From Curvularia clavata (taxonomy: Eukaryota), in NCBI GenBank assembly GCA_023920165.1, contig CP089276.1, forward strand, positions 3,658,001 to 3,722,000: a stretch of 64,000 bases of DNA. The letters are read 5' to 3'. Shown piece after piece: positions 49,552-61,235 of the stretch; the first letter of the stretch is position 1, and every line of letters begins with the position of its first letter. The notes beneath the pieces are model-generated. The model was not told the origin of the DNA and ran no database searches. It saw only the letters and a program-made list of their open reading frames with translations. A program made the position numbers and the translations under genes.

Positions 49552-50115
49552 TCACAAGTACTTCTTCGCTGCTGTAGCAACTCTTTGTCTGAACACTGGA
49601 CTCTTGATAACCTCTCCGTTTCCAACCGCGAAGAATGGGTTCATGATAGTCTTGACCCATGCCTCGTACACATCAACCATGAAGTTCTTGACCGCCTCCT
49701 CAGTAGCAGGGCTGTTCGGATTGTATAGCCCGGCGCTTCCACCTAGTGCCGCTCGTCCACCTGCCAGGCTCCCTCTAGCACCTCCGGCGCCTCCACTCGT
49801 GAGTCCCAGACTTTCATCGCGTGGCCGTGTGAGCAACAGAAAGCGGGTGTTTCCACCTGTTATCCAACATGACACATAACAGTTCTGATACTTGTCGATG
49901 TGCTTGAGGTACATTGGTGCGGAGCCGCTGGACGTGGAGGGACCCCATTGGACTTCTTCGACGATGTCAAGGGCGGAGTGCAGAATAAATGGGACAAGGG
50001 CGCGCTCAGCTGGTGTGTAGTTTGCGACGCCTGTCCCACCACTTCGAGATGTGCCAAAGTCATGGGTAAAGAGGGGAACGTCCAGAGGCGAGAGTATGGA
50101 GAACGTATACGACAT
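49552..50115 (-). CDS. TRS20: TRAPP complex subunit Trs20/TRAPPC2 (sedlin family)
   Basis: FILHSALDIVEEVQW, MYLKHIDKY, VYEAWVKTIMNPFF and C-terminal AKKYL, all typical of sedlin. Confidence 0.9.
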   Translation of the reverse strand: MSYTFSILSPLDVPLFTHDFGTSRSGGTGVANYTPAERALVPFILHSALDIVEEVQWGPSTSSGSAPMYLKHIDKYQNCYVSCWITGGNTRFLLLTRPRDESLGLTSGGAGGARGSLAGGRAALGGSAGLYNPNSPATEEAVKNFMVDVYEAWVKTIMNPFFAVGNGEVIKSPVFRQRVATAAKKYL

Positions 50116-50416
50116 GGTGGAGTGTAACAGATGTGTGTGCGAATGCGCTTGGCTTGAGGGTCGACGCTGATTAGAATAGCTGTACTTTACAATCAGGCAG
50201 CCTTTTACACGCTACGTTTGAACGAGAGGCGTTTAAGGTTTCGTAATTCGTAAATTCGTAAAGTCGGTGGTGGAGTTGTAGCTACAGGAAGCGTGGAGTG
50301 GTGCTCAGCTTCCCCACGCTAACTGGGATGTTCGCCAAGAAGTCCGCGGGAGTGTCTGCGCAGAATATCGCAACTTCAGTTGCACAGGCTCGGCCTTGTA
50401 ACTCCCACACCTCAAC

Positions 50417-50975
50417 ATGTTCGGTCCTTTCCGCCTCACAAATCCACTATCGGGTGGTTTATTATGGTGCGTCTCTTCGCAATCAATTTCCTGCGCAATT
50501 GCCCGCTGCCGTCAGCGTGGGAACTTCTTCGCTATCGCTTCCACCAATTCTCAGAGATTGTATCTAGAAACTGTACACTGACACCGGCATAGGAAAGTGC
50601 CATGGCGGCTGTCCAGGCACCAGAAATATCGCCACCGTGAGCGTCTGCGACATGTCGACTCCGTCGTTTCCACCCTCGATACCGCACTACGACGAATGGG
50701 CCAAAGCATGAAGAAGGTGGAGCGCTGGAAGACGGAGATGCCAACCGAACAGGAGATGCTACCAAAGGACAAATACACTGTTTTCGATCGGAAAGTAAAG
50801 AGATACCGAAAGGGAATACATAGTAAGTGGCGCATGCTGTGGTACTGGACAGCGAATACGATAGGAGGACAAAATCCAGGTCCTGGAGAATTATCTACGA
50901 ATGTGTTCTGACGACTATGCAGAGGTGCCAAAGTGGACAAGGGTCAGTCAACGACTCAACCCCCCGGGTTTCTAG
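50417..50975 (+). CDS. MRPL31: Mitochondrial large ribosomal subunit protein L31 (mL60); exons 50417-50466, 50593-50822, 50923-50975 (110 aa)
   Basis: Spliced product MFGPFRLTNPLSGGLLWKVPWRLS...PKDKYTVFDRK..YRKGIHKVPKWTRVSQRLNPPGF matches the fungal YmL31 pattern. Confidence 0.92.
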
Positions 50976-51351
50976 ATGGTCATCGCAACAAGGAGCAGCA
51001 AACGAATGTATATTTCACTGTAACTATACGGACTGCATTCACATGCGGCGCTACGGAAAGGTGGAAATCCAGTATTTGTGGTGCCACCACACAGATGTAT
51101 GACCTCGGTTTCACTGAGCCTAACTATGATCGTAAAGATCTTGCTTGGTGAAGTACTCTTGGCCCATGAGATGCAATCATTGAATTCTTCACAAGTGCAG
51201 TATATTCATCCATTACTCATGCAAGACATTACTCTCTGTTCCACCTGTATTACACACGCGAAATCCTCGAATAAATATAACAATCAGTACAAGAGGTCCT
51301 CCGTGCTTTCTCGACGTCCATAAACATACAAATTTCATGACGAATTTCTAA

Positions 51352-53802
51352 TCAGAACAGCATACTTAGCTCATTAGACTCAATCAATCCGTCGAGTCCG
51401 AATCCCTGAGCGTTCCACCCCATATCAAGAGGGAGGAATCCATTCCAAAGCGCCGCATCATCGGCCGGTGCATTGTTTCCACCGCCATGTACCGCAAATT
51501 CGTTTACAGCGCTCAAATCTGTCCATCCAAAATCACCCATTTGTTCCGTGATTGCTGGACTTTCACCCGTTCCATTACTGCTGGCTTGTGGACTCGTCTG
51601 GTGGCCAAGTACTGGGTGTTGTGGGAAGCCGTTCTGGTCCACTGGTGTACTGGCAATGTGGGTACCGGGATGGTGGAATGATGACCGACTTGTTTTGTCT
51701 TTCCTCGGCACCTTCGCCCAGAGCAGTTTAAGGAGCTGAGAGTAACGGGATCCAGGGTGCTGGACACCGCTCCCAGACCCCACAGCACTGCGTTGAAGGC
51801 GTGCTACCGTTTCGTTGATCATGGCGCGGATGGCACGATCCTCGTCTGCACTAATGACACCCGTGCAGCGGGCGCGGTAGAGAAAGACGCCTGCGTAAAC
51901 AAGGTAGAGGTAATATCGAAGTGGCATGAAGCGCAATGAGCGCTCAGGATCCACGAAGTTATTGACTGTGGTGAGGATTGCCTTTGCGGAATCGAGGCCT
52001 TCATAAATAAAACGTGCGTCGCCCACGGCTCCTACGTTGTTCACGAACACGCGCTGAGGGGCTTGCATGCGACCCATACCGTTATTGGCTGGACTAGCTG
52101 CCATGGATTCGGCAGACGTGGATGAAGGCAGAGCTCGAAGAACAGTAGCTTGAAAGGCGAAAGCATTGGTATACAGACGCAGATAATCGTAAGACATGAG
52201 GAGGCATGCTTTGAGAGGTGGGGAGCATGTTAGGGTGCCCCATACGCTCTTCCAGCCGTACATCGCTGACCGAAAGTCGTCGATGAATTTGATGTAGCTA
52301 CCACTCATTTGTGAGCGGAAACTCGAACTGGGATTTGAGTAGAGTGTATCGTGAACGTTGCTGAAGAGCTGTGTGAGCTCTAGATTGGCCTGAAAAATGG
52401 AGGCGTGATCCTCTTCATTTGGGTTCTTGGGAATCAATGAAGGGTAGTCTTCTCGTCGCAAAGTGGTCAAAGGCCCAGGACCACGAGACCAGAACGCTTT
52501 TCCGATTCTGATACTGATATGGCGATCAGAGACATATGCAGCCGTCCAGATGAGACGCTTCCGATGGTGGTCTTCGTCCTTGTTTTGGTCTACGAAGCGG
52601 AACGAATACTTGTCCAGTGCGAGAAAGTAAGCGATTCTCAAAGCGAGACCGACATGCATCCAGCTCTCTTTGTCTTCCTCTCCTTTACCAACCTTCCCCG
52701 AGCCGCGCTGGGTATACGGTGCCCATTCGGCTAGAATAAGTAGAGCCTCAACTGCTTCGATGCCGGCTTCGCCTCCTGCAGCGAGCGCAGAGACCAGGTT
52801 TTTCATATGTTCGGAGCATGCTTCATATATGTGCGGCTCGTCGACGAGGTCTTTCGAGGCGATCAAGAGAATGGCAGTCAGGAGATGTTGTTCTTTGTTC
52901 ACCATGTCAGAGAGTCGGGATGTCTCGAAAGCGTGAGCCGGAGCAAGAGGGTAGAATGGGTGGTATAGCTGCTGGTAGCGGACAAGTAGCTGGCAGAGAG
53001 AATGGACGGTAAGGATTCCTCGATCCAACAGCGGATAAGAGAAGGATAGGGATGGCGCGGGCATGCTTAATGAACCTCTGGTACGCGATACGGCGTTGCC
53101 ATTCTCATTGTTTCCTTCGTTCGAGCTCGTCTCCCCTGCGACTCTGGCCAGTATTCCTAGGGCATCAGATGGATTTTGAAGATTCGAGAATGGAAGCTCC
53201 TCTGAATTTGACGAGTCTGATTGCTGTCCCTGGAGTTCATCTCCAAACTGTTGCGGTCCAGCATCTTGCGACCATGTTGTCCCAAGGTTGCCCAACGTAT
53301 GGAAGCTTCTTTCCGGCGCGTTCGCGGGAAGCGCTGGTAACGGCTGTTGTGGTTGCGCTTCTGGCTGCGACTCTGACGGCAGATGTGCCTGCGATTCGTC
53401 GATTCGTTTCTTTTTTCGTTCCCTTCTTCCACCACGATTGCTACCACCGAGTACGCATTCGAGATTGTCGCGCTTGCATCGAAGGCACGGTATAGAGTTG
53501 TTCGAGTCCCTATGGTATTATGTCAGACCCAAACTGATGTATTGAGCTCTGTCATCAGTCGACGACCGAATCCTGACCCTCAGTGATAAGAAACATCTAC
53601 GCTAGACTTTGCACATGAGTATGCTTCGTTCCTGAGACGGGCCGCGAACCAACATTACAACCACTTACAGCAAACACCGACTCTTCCTTTTCCTGCAGTT
53701 CAAGCACGCTATCTGCGTTCTCTTGGTCTTTGAAGCTTCATCTTCATCCGGGTTGGCGGCTGCCTGCGCGCCGACAGGCTGTTGTGGGGCATTTGCTTCC
53801 AT
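51352..53802 (-). CDS. Zn(II)2Cys6 transcription factor, Aro80-like; exons 53802-53669, 53509-51352
   Basis: Spliced cluster ACLNCRKRKSRCLLDSNNSIPCLRCKRDNLECVLGGSNRGGRR. LQNPSDALGILA motif and fungal TF middle homology region (SDRHISIRIGKAFWSRGPGP). Intron 53510-53668. Confidence 0.9.
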
Positions 53803-54185
53803 GCCTCATTTCGAGTGGGTAACTGGTGTCGGTGTTTGAAGCTGTCGGGGACTGGGGAAGAATGCGGAGACGCTGGCGTCGGTTGTTGCTGAGGCTTCGG
53901 GCCGAGCTGAACACGACGGTGGCGGAGCCTGGAACTGTCGGTTAACGGCAATGGACGGTGTCGGCCTGCTGTCCGTCTGGTACGCCATAGCTATCATTCA
54001 ATGTTCTAGTCTTGACATAGCAACACCAATGAGAGCTATCGGGGCATTTCCATGGTGCCACCCAGCCCTATCTCGTGATACAATTGCTGTCAGCCAAGAA
54101 AAATTCATCTTGAACGGCGCTCGTGAAAAGATTTGAATTGCTTTCATATTCGTACAATTCTGCCATCCTTCCATCAATCAAACAG

Positions 54186-54271
54186 GGCTCGGTGGTGTAG
54201 TTGGTTATCACGTCAGTCTAACATTCAGTTAGGCACACTGAAGGTCCCGAGTTCAAACCTCGGCTGAGTCA
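54186..54271 (+). tRNA. tRNA-Val(AAC): tRNA-Val(AAC) with 12-nt intron (54224-54235)
   Basis: Acceptor stem GGCTCGG/CTGAGTC. A-box TGGTGTAGTTGG. Anticodon arm TCAGT-CT-AAC-A^C-ACTGA. T arm CCGAG-TTCAAAC-CTCGG. Pol III T5 terminator at ~54302. Confidence 0.95.
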
Positions 54272-55050
54272 AAGCCGGAGCTCGTATGAGCTCCAACATT
54301 GTTTTTGCTAATGTGCGGGCCTCTGGGTATTGAATGGCTGGTGCGGATTGCGTGGAGAAGATTTTTTGCCGACCTACACCTAGTTAGACACTATCACCAA
54401 AGTGTCTAGCGAGACCAACATTAGTACAGAACATAGCTTGTCTCACTCAGCCATTGTCATCTACATGGGCAACACGTGCTTGGTATCTGGTTCCTGATGC
54501 TACGTTAGATTGATATATTGGAATGCGGATAGCCCTACTTCGAATAGAGCCTGTGTAAGATGTACTACATAGTAAAGTCGTTATGTTTGTCACACCACTC
54601 ACAATCTTTCATTGTCGCCCAGTTATGATCAACTATAAGCTATTGGGACAGACACATGGGTCTTGGTTTTGCTGGTACTGTAGGGGTATGCAATTGGATA
54701 ACGTACAGCCGACGTCATTCACATGAAGAACACGTCGAAGTATCCCCAGAGACACTCACGGGCGTATAGAGTCTACAGACTAAGCAAGGGACTCTACCCT
54801 GACTTCAACAGTGTGGATCTGAGTAAGGGGCTGACCGGATTGCACTAAGAGCAATCGTAGAAGTAAACTGTCCAAAGAAATATGTGTACGCGAAAGGTTA
54901 TCATCGTAGAGATTACAGATTCGCAGTTATGAATTTCTCTACGTCACAAGATATCACTGTAAAGAATCTTAAGAGTAGAATGGTAAACTTTTCTTTTTTA
55001 TCGTCTGATAGCGGTGTGTTGGAGATTGTCTGCCACGCAGCAGCACCGCC

Positions 55051-55449
55051 TCACCATTCTAAGCTCAAGGTGTCAGCCCACGTGCCCTTCTTGTCAACTT
55101 TGAAAGCACTCTCTATGTTTCCAGATCCGAGATCTGCTCCATAGAAATGTGCAAAACATCCTCGTCCAACCTCCTCCCACTTGAGCTCGGCCTTTTTGTC
55201 TGAATGAACCTGGCCGTCGCCATCAGTCCCCGCGGCCAGCACTTCATACTTGATCTTCAAGAGCCACAGCTCTGAAGCGTCGCCGAAAAACTTGTCGGCA
55301 GTACCGGGCACCTGCTCGGAGGTGGAGAGATGGATGTAGCCGTCATTCCGGTCGAGGTCTGAGAGGGGGAGACGAGCAGGAAGCGGTGAAGGCGGGGCGC
55401 TTGGAAGAATCTTGTACAAGAACGTTGGGAGGGGCGAGGGTGCTGGCAT
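55051..55449 (-). CDS. DUF952 family protein
   Basis: YKIL..LSDLDRNDGYIHLSTSEQVPGTADKFF..LKWE..FAHFYG signature. Confidence 0.85.
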   Translation of the reverse strand: MPAPSPLPTFLYKILPSAPPSPLPARLPLSDLDRNDGYIHLSTSEQVPGTADKFFGDASELWLLKIKYEVLAAGTDGDGQVHSDKKAELKWEEVGRGCFAHFYGADLGSGNIESAFKVDKKGTWADTLSLEW

Positions 55450-56078
55450 TGTGCTGACGGTCCGCGTGATGTGGCCGAAACACCGTCTGCTCACCGGGAG
55501 ACTTGAGTGTCCAAAGCTTGGCTGACGATAGACGTCACAAGAGAAGCCAAATTCATCGCGTTTAGGACGCGGATGCCTGTGTTTTGCTTGTGATTGGCGG
55601 GGAGATTACGTGAGGCACGCGAAAGGTCCACCCCAACCACGGGTAGAAGATGGCTTTTGGGCGCCACAAATCTGACCCTGAACTGAGCCGGCCAGCCGTC
55701 AACATGGACAAACCATTTCTTTTTCCACCCAGCCAGCGCGCCGACCGTAACGTTGCAAGTGGAGAAAGCTGCCCAACGCCTGGACGTCCTTGTCGTGTCA
55801 CTTGGACTGCACCCAGCTGAGTTGAAAGGAGACCCGACCATTGGACCACGCGACAGATATACCTGGAACCGCGAATCACCACCAGCACGTACCCAAAGTA
55901 GAGGGTGCTCCCAACGCTGTTCGGATCACCAGGAAAGAGTTGTATTTAGGCCGCCTCTGGGAAGATTCTGCTCTGCTTGTATGCACTTGCGCTAGTCTGC
56001 TAGGTTGTGTTGCGCAACTGCTAATAATGCTCGTGCCGGCGCAAACGACTATCTCTTTCACCTACCTTTCCACACAGC

Positions 56079-57278
56079 ATGACGGAGATACAACTTACGG
56101 GAGATGAGATACGACACCTCTCTGAAGAGCTAGGAGATGCGTCGACTCGATGCTGTGTGCGGAGGACCACCGGGACGCCAACTGCATCGCATGTCACCTT
56201 TGACTATCTCAACAAAGGCGCTGCCAACATCATCTTCAAAATCCAGACGTGGACTCCGAGTAGTTCTGCGACCACTTTCGCTTTCATTGATGTTATGCGC
56301 CAAGGGAAGCTGTCTTTCAAAGCCACAAAAATGGACCATCAATATCTAATGCGCCACGTCCTCCGGGTGCCCAGGGGAGGCCAGAAACATCTGTCGTCCA
56401 TGGAAATCATTCACGGATATGAGCATGCGATCCGACCCCTATTTTTACCAGGCAGATACAAAACCCTCGGTAAGGCCACAACATCACGAAACGGATCAGA
56501 CACCCCTATTACAGTGCAAGTTAGCCGAGATCTCACCAAGCATCTCATGGACCACGAGGCTGTGCTGCTACTACCAGAAGTCATGAGCCACCTCTATACG
56601 AGAGCTGAGAAAGGCACATTTACTAGTACCGCACCGAGGGCGTGTTGGGGTATCCTTCTCCCCAATATGTCGCCTACGCCTGGACAATCGATCACGCTCG
56701 AAATAAAGCCCAAATGGCTTGCACAGTCGCCCAATGCGCCCTCGGGAGCTCTTCGCTGTCGGACTTGTGCAATGCAGGTCTCAGTACCAAAGAACAGAGA
56801 TAGCTACATTTGTCCGCTCCAGGTGCTTCACGGAGACTCGAAGGCGCTCCGCCCGTGGGCAAATGCAACCGTCAAGCGCCATTTCGGCAGCCAAGCGCCC
56901 TCTCAGACTGTAGTATCAGCCATGGTCGAAGGCATAGTGGCCTACCTTACAGTTGGAGACGGCGTCGAATTACTGCGACATCTCCTCCAACTACAGAGTA
57001 CACTCGATCCACGAGGTATCCTCTGTCGACCGCAGCATGGCTCCGAACTATTCGACCACAACCTCCGGCTAGCAATGACGTTAAGAGACTGCTCGCTCTT
57101 CATCAAGATATCTTACAACGCTAGCGGCATGACGGGAATCGAGTCCAAACTCGGTGACCTCGACTTCAAGTCCGCCGAAAAGATTGTCGATTGGACGGAC
57201 AAAGAGCGGCAGCTGTTGAAAGCAGGAGCGTATACCACGCCGACTGGTCCACCATGCTGGATTCAGAATGGTCGGTGA
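56079..57278 (+). CDS. IPK1: Inositol-pentakisphosphate 2-kinase
   Basis: YLNKGAANIIF, LEIKPKWL, RCRTCAM, AMTLRDCSLFI and DLDFK motifs. Confidence 0.9.
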   Translation: MTEIQLTGDEIRHLSEELGDASTRCCVRRTTGTPTASHVTFDYLNKGAANIIFKIQTWTPSSSATTFAFIDVMRQGKLSFKATKMDHQYLMRHVLRVPRGGQKHLSSMEIIHGYEHAIRPLFLPGRYKTLGKATTSRNGSDTPITVQVSRDLTKHLMDHEAVLLLPEVMSHLYTRAEKGTFTSTAPRACWGILLPNMSPTPGQSITLEIKPKWLAQSPNAPSGALRCRTCAMQVSVPKNRDSYICPLQVLHGDSKALRPWANATVKRHFGSQAPSQTVVSAMVEGIVAYLTVGDGVELLRHLLQLQSTLDPRGILCRPQHGSELFDHNLRLAMTLRDCSLFIKISYNASGMTGIESKLGDLDFKSAEKIVDWTDKERQLLKAGAYTTPTGPPCWIQNGR

Positions 57279-58089
57279 ACTTGCAGCGTCTCAGACTGGT
57301 CTGGTGAGCAGTGCAAAGCAGACAGTCGCAACACCCCACGGATCTCCACCTAGAAATCTATCACGCTGCGGACTTGTCCAACAGAGGACAGCATCCCACG
57401 CATTATTAAAGCTGTATTGAACAGCTCCGAGAAGATAAAGCCGGCACGAAACTGGCATCCATCACGAACCTTTGCAACCTAGAGCTACCGCACCCTGTTT
57501 TGTATGTGCACCGCATGTACATGACACTCTGACGCCATAAAGAGTGCTACGAAAGAAACTGCAACAGACGCTTGTTCTCACGAGGACAGAACGAGGACGA
57601 AGGTGCTACGTTAAGAAATAATCGCGATGAGAGAGCAAAACAACCTCATTCCCGAAGATTCTGAAGAGAATCAGGGGTATTGTTTGTAACAACAGGAGAT
57701 AAGACGAGAGAGAGAGAAATGCCTTTCAACAAACTTCCCATTCTTGCTTTTTGTAACAAAGCGTAATCATCATTGACTGCACCGTACTTGTATTATATAC
57801 TTTGACAGAATCAAGTCTTGTTAATACCGCACACGCCTCAACATTGCATAGTCCACAGGTTCCATTACAAACGCTAGATAGGGGGTCATCATGATGTCGT
57901 CGTCGACGAACCAGGGGTTAAGGAACATGAAATACATTTCTCGCTAACTTGGGTATCTATCACGGAGCGCCAAATCGCAAGCCAGAAGCAAAAAAAGTAG
58001 AGAACAAGAATAAAAAGGGTTCATCGCTGCCACGTCCAAAAAAAACACACACATCAAAGACATCCACTTGTCCTCAGCATATGCGTCTC

Positions 58090-60328
58090 TCACGCCCTTG
58101 CCTCTTCAACAAAACAATGCACCCTTACCGTGCCATCCTCACTGCCACTAACTACGCGCTCATCACTCAAGCCAACACAGGTAATTGGGCCCGTATGACC
58201 GGTAAGCGTGCGCTCGTGTTTACCCGTCCTGGGGTCCCAAATCTTGATTGTCTTGTCTTCTGCGCCGCTGACGAGGCGTAGCGAGTCAGCAGCCAGCGAC
58301 CAGATGCCCTCGACGTGGCCGAAAAAGCGGTGCACGCAGCGGCCAGAGGGCACGTGCCAGAGGCGGATGGTGCCGTCGAGGGAGCCAGTGAGCATGTATG
58401 AGGGAGGAGAAGGGCGAGTTGGGTCGTCTGGAAAAAACGACTCGTCGGCGTTGAAGGCTTGTGAATTTGATGTTGACGAGGAGGTGAGTGGTTGGGAGTG
58501 CGGTGTATCGGAGGAAAGAGAGGCAGTGTCGGACATGTCGTTGTGGGCGTTTGCGACAAAGTCGTCTTCGTCGATTTCAAAGGCTTGTGGCAAGGGGAGC
58601 ACTTGTTGGACTTGGCCAACGTGGCCTTCGTATGTCCGGATGCAACGGCGGGTGTCTAGATCCCATAGCTTGACCGTCATATCGTCTGATGCTGAGAAGA
58701 GGGTTCGCGAGGGGATGTCGAGCTTGACTGAGTTCACCCAATCCGTGTGTCCGAGGAGTGTTGTGCGCTTCATCTGCGTGAAGTCATGAACCACAATGGT
58801 GTTGTCAGAGGAACCGGATGCCAGGAGCTTGTCGGCCATGTGGAGGCCAATGACGCCTTGGGTATGAGCGTTCAAGGTTTTGATCAGAGCGCCTGTCCGC
58901 CAATTCCATATCTTGATGGTATTGTCCAAGCTTCCGGTGATGAGTTTACTATCTTCAAACTGCAAACATCGGATGCCCTGAGAGTGGCCGGTAAGTGTCC
59001 GTAGCACTTGGCCAGTTTTGATGTCCCACACTTTGACCGTTGCGTCGTAGGAACCAGTGATGAGGACCTCGTCGTCAAACTGGAGGCACATGACGCCATT
59101 GGTGTGGCCTTTTAATATACGTGTGGAGTAACGACCGTATTTCCAGTTGCTGCCGACTTTGTAGCGGTCCTTGTAGACGTCCTTCCACGGACGCTTCTTG
59201 GGATGATCAAAATAAGTTGTAAGCTGATCCGATCCCGACGTAGGGTTTAGACATTGTCGCTTTCCTGTAGCTTCTGGAGAGGACGAGTCGTCTGGCATGG
59301 GTCGCTTGGTCGCTGTGGGAGAGCCAGGGCCCTCTGAAAGACGAGAAGGAAGCTCGGTGTGTGGATCGAAAGAGTCAGGTTGAGGTGTAATGTTGGGAGA
59401 CCACTCATTGAGGCCTCTGCCTGAAGCTCGAAGCTGTATCCGTCTCTTTTCTTGCCGCAAGCGGCGCTGATCCAACAGCGGAAGCCCCCAGCCACACTTT
59501 GTGCATTTCCTATCAATGTGTTGCTCACACATTCTATGCCAGACCACATCGTCGTCGGCCAATTGCCTCCATCTTCGATTGACTTGGGACGCCTTGCACA
59601 GGGAGGTCGTGTCAAGGTAACAGAGGATCTTGAAGCCCAGCTCCGTGGGGAGTGCGCCGAGAAAGTCAATCTTGATGAGGTTGCGGACCGACGAGGAAAT
59701 GAACGAGAGCTGTGGAAAGCAGCATTGGGCGAGGATGCCCTGAAGCATAAGGTTGCGGTGTCGAGAAGGGGCAGCGGAGAAGAGCGACCATACCGTGGCT
59801 ATGCTCTGCTGGTCTGCTTGTGATTCTCTGCCGAGTTCCTAGTCCAATCAGTAGCTGTTCTTGTAGTGATGATATTATAGCACTTACATCCTGCAATTGC
59901 TCCATGGACGGCTCGTCTGCCTGCCGCCGACAGAGTAGATCCGGTCTGTGACGGTAGCAGAACTTTGTGTTTGCCGTGCGTGGGCGCTCGTCTTGTCGAT
60001 CGCTATTGGTCCCCAGCGGGTTGTATTGCTGTGGGATGTGTTGGGCGAGATATGGGGTAATCATTCGCTCAATCTTCTTTGATTTGTTTGCCTGTGCTTC
60101 TTCGGAGTCCTCAGCGTGCAAGTGTCTGGTCCGCTCTGAGAGGCCTTCGTGGTCGTGACCATGCATCAACGTGGTATGAGGATTGGCGGGAGCCGTGGTG
60201 AAGTCGTCAGGCGAACGGGCAGAGTTTCGCCATGAGAGCCGTCTTTGTTTGGGACTTGCAGCCAGAGTTTGCAGGGGGGTATGCTCGGTAGCAACCGTTT
60301 CAATGGTATGTGTGGTATTGGGCATCAT
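58090..60328 (-). CDS. sconB: SCF F-box/WD40 sulfur controller (Met30/SconB/SCON-2); exons 60328-59888, 59838-58090
   Basis: [19 protein letters not shown]-box [31 protein letters not shown] and GH..WD repeats. Intron 59839-59887. Confidence 0.95.
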
Positions 60329-60740
60329 GGTCGCGCTCTCTGGGGCCGAAGGCTTTAAACAGTGGTAGACGGTGCTGACAGCCGGTTTGCAACAGTGGTT
60401 GTCTAGTGTTGAGCAGGGGCGCTGGGCCTCTGGGAAGCGTAATGCATACGTTGGGCGGGGAGTGCGGCGGGCTGTCGAGATTCTGGGGTGATATCGCGTG
60501 CGAGCTACGGAGGAGCGACGGGGAAGGTGCGACGGGTACTCGGGTGAATGTTGCCAACGGGCGTCCGCGCAGGCGCAAGAGGCGCCGAGTGTGCTGCGAC
60601 AAGAAAAAGCAAAGCGACGTCGTCAAGGCTCGCTCTGGATCGCAGAGGGTTTGTTTTGACTGGTTGCGAGGACGGGCAGCATCGGGGCGTGGGGTTTGGT
60701 TGCAGACGTCGGGAGAGCGGCGGCGAATCGACCATAGCTG

Positions 60741-60750
60741 ATGGCGCAAT
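60741..60750. promoter_or_regulatory. Candidate CYS3/MetR bZIP site
   Basis: ATGGCGCAAT is a one-mismatch match to ATGRYRYCAT, ~410 nt upstream of the sconB ATG. Confidence 0.45.
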
Positions 60751-61235
60751 GTCAGTTGTGGATAGCATCTTCAAAGCACGCAATGCCTCTTGGCCACTCG
60801 GAGCCGAAACCATGCCCACGACGGGCTCGAGGGTGCCGGAGATTTTTCAGATGAACATGCCCAACGGTCGAGCAGACTGTATTTTCTGCTTTGTCATAGT
60901 GATTGCGCCTTTTGCTGCATTTGTCCCTCTCGCGTCGGGGTTAAGGTGAGCGGCTAAGGCAAGGCAGGCCTCACTCCACCTTTGGACCCTGGCTGCCCGT
61001 CCCATGCAGCCCGAGCTTCACAACATCATCATCGTCACTCTCCTTCGCCAACGTGCTCTGTGCCCCCTAGCCTGAGCAGCATGCTCTGCAACAAACATGA
61101 TAGCCCTGACCTCGCCTTCGCCGTAGCCTGAGCACCGCTAGAAATGCCTTGAGATTTTGCTTGATACCCTCCATCGTCTTGCGTGCTGCCTACATACCCA
61201 CCACCACCTGCTGCCTACTCGAGTAGACGTCCGTC

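Noticed and set aside
50467..50922. Longer-than-usual MRPL31 introns (126 and 100 nt) as possible snoRNA hosts
   Set aside because: No C/D or convincing H/ACA box arrangement found.
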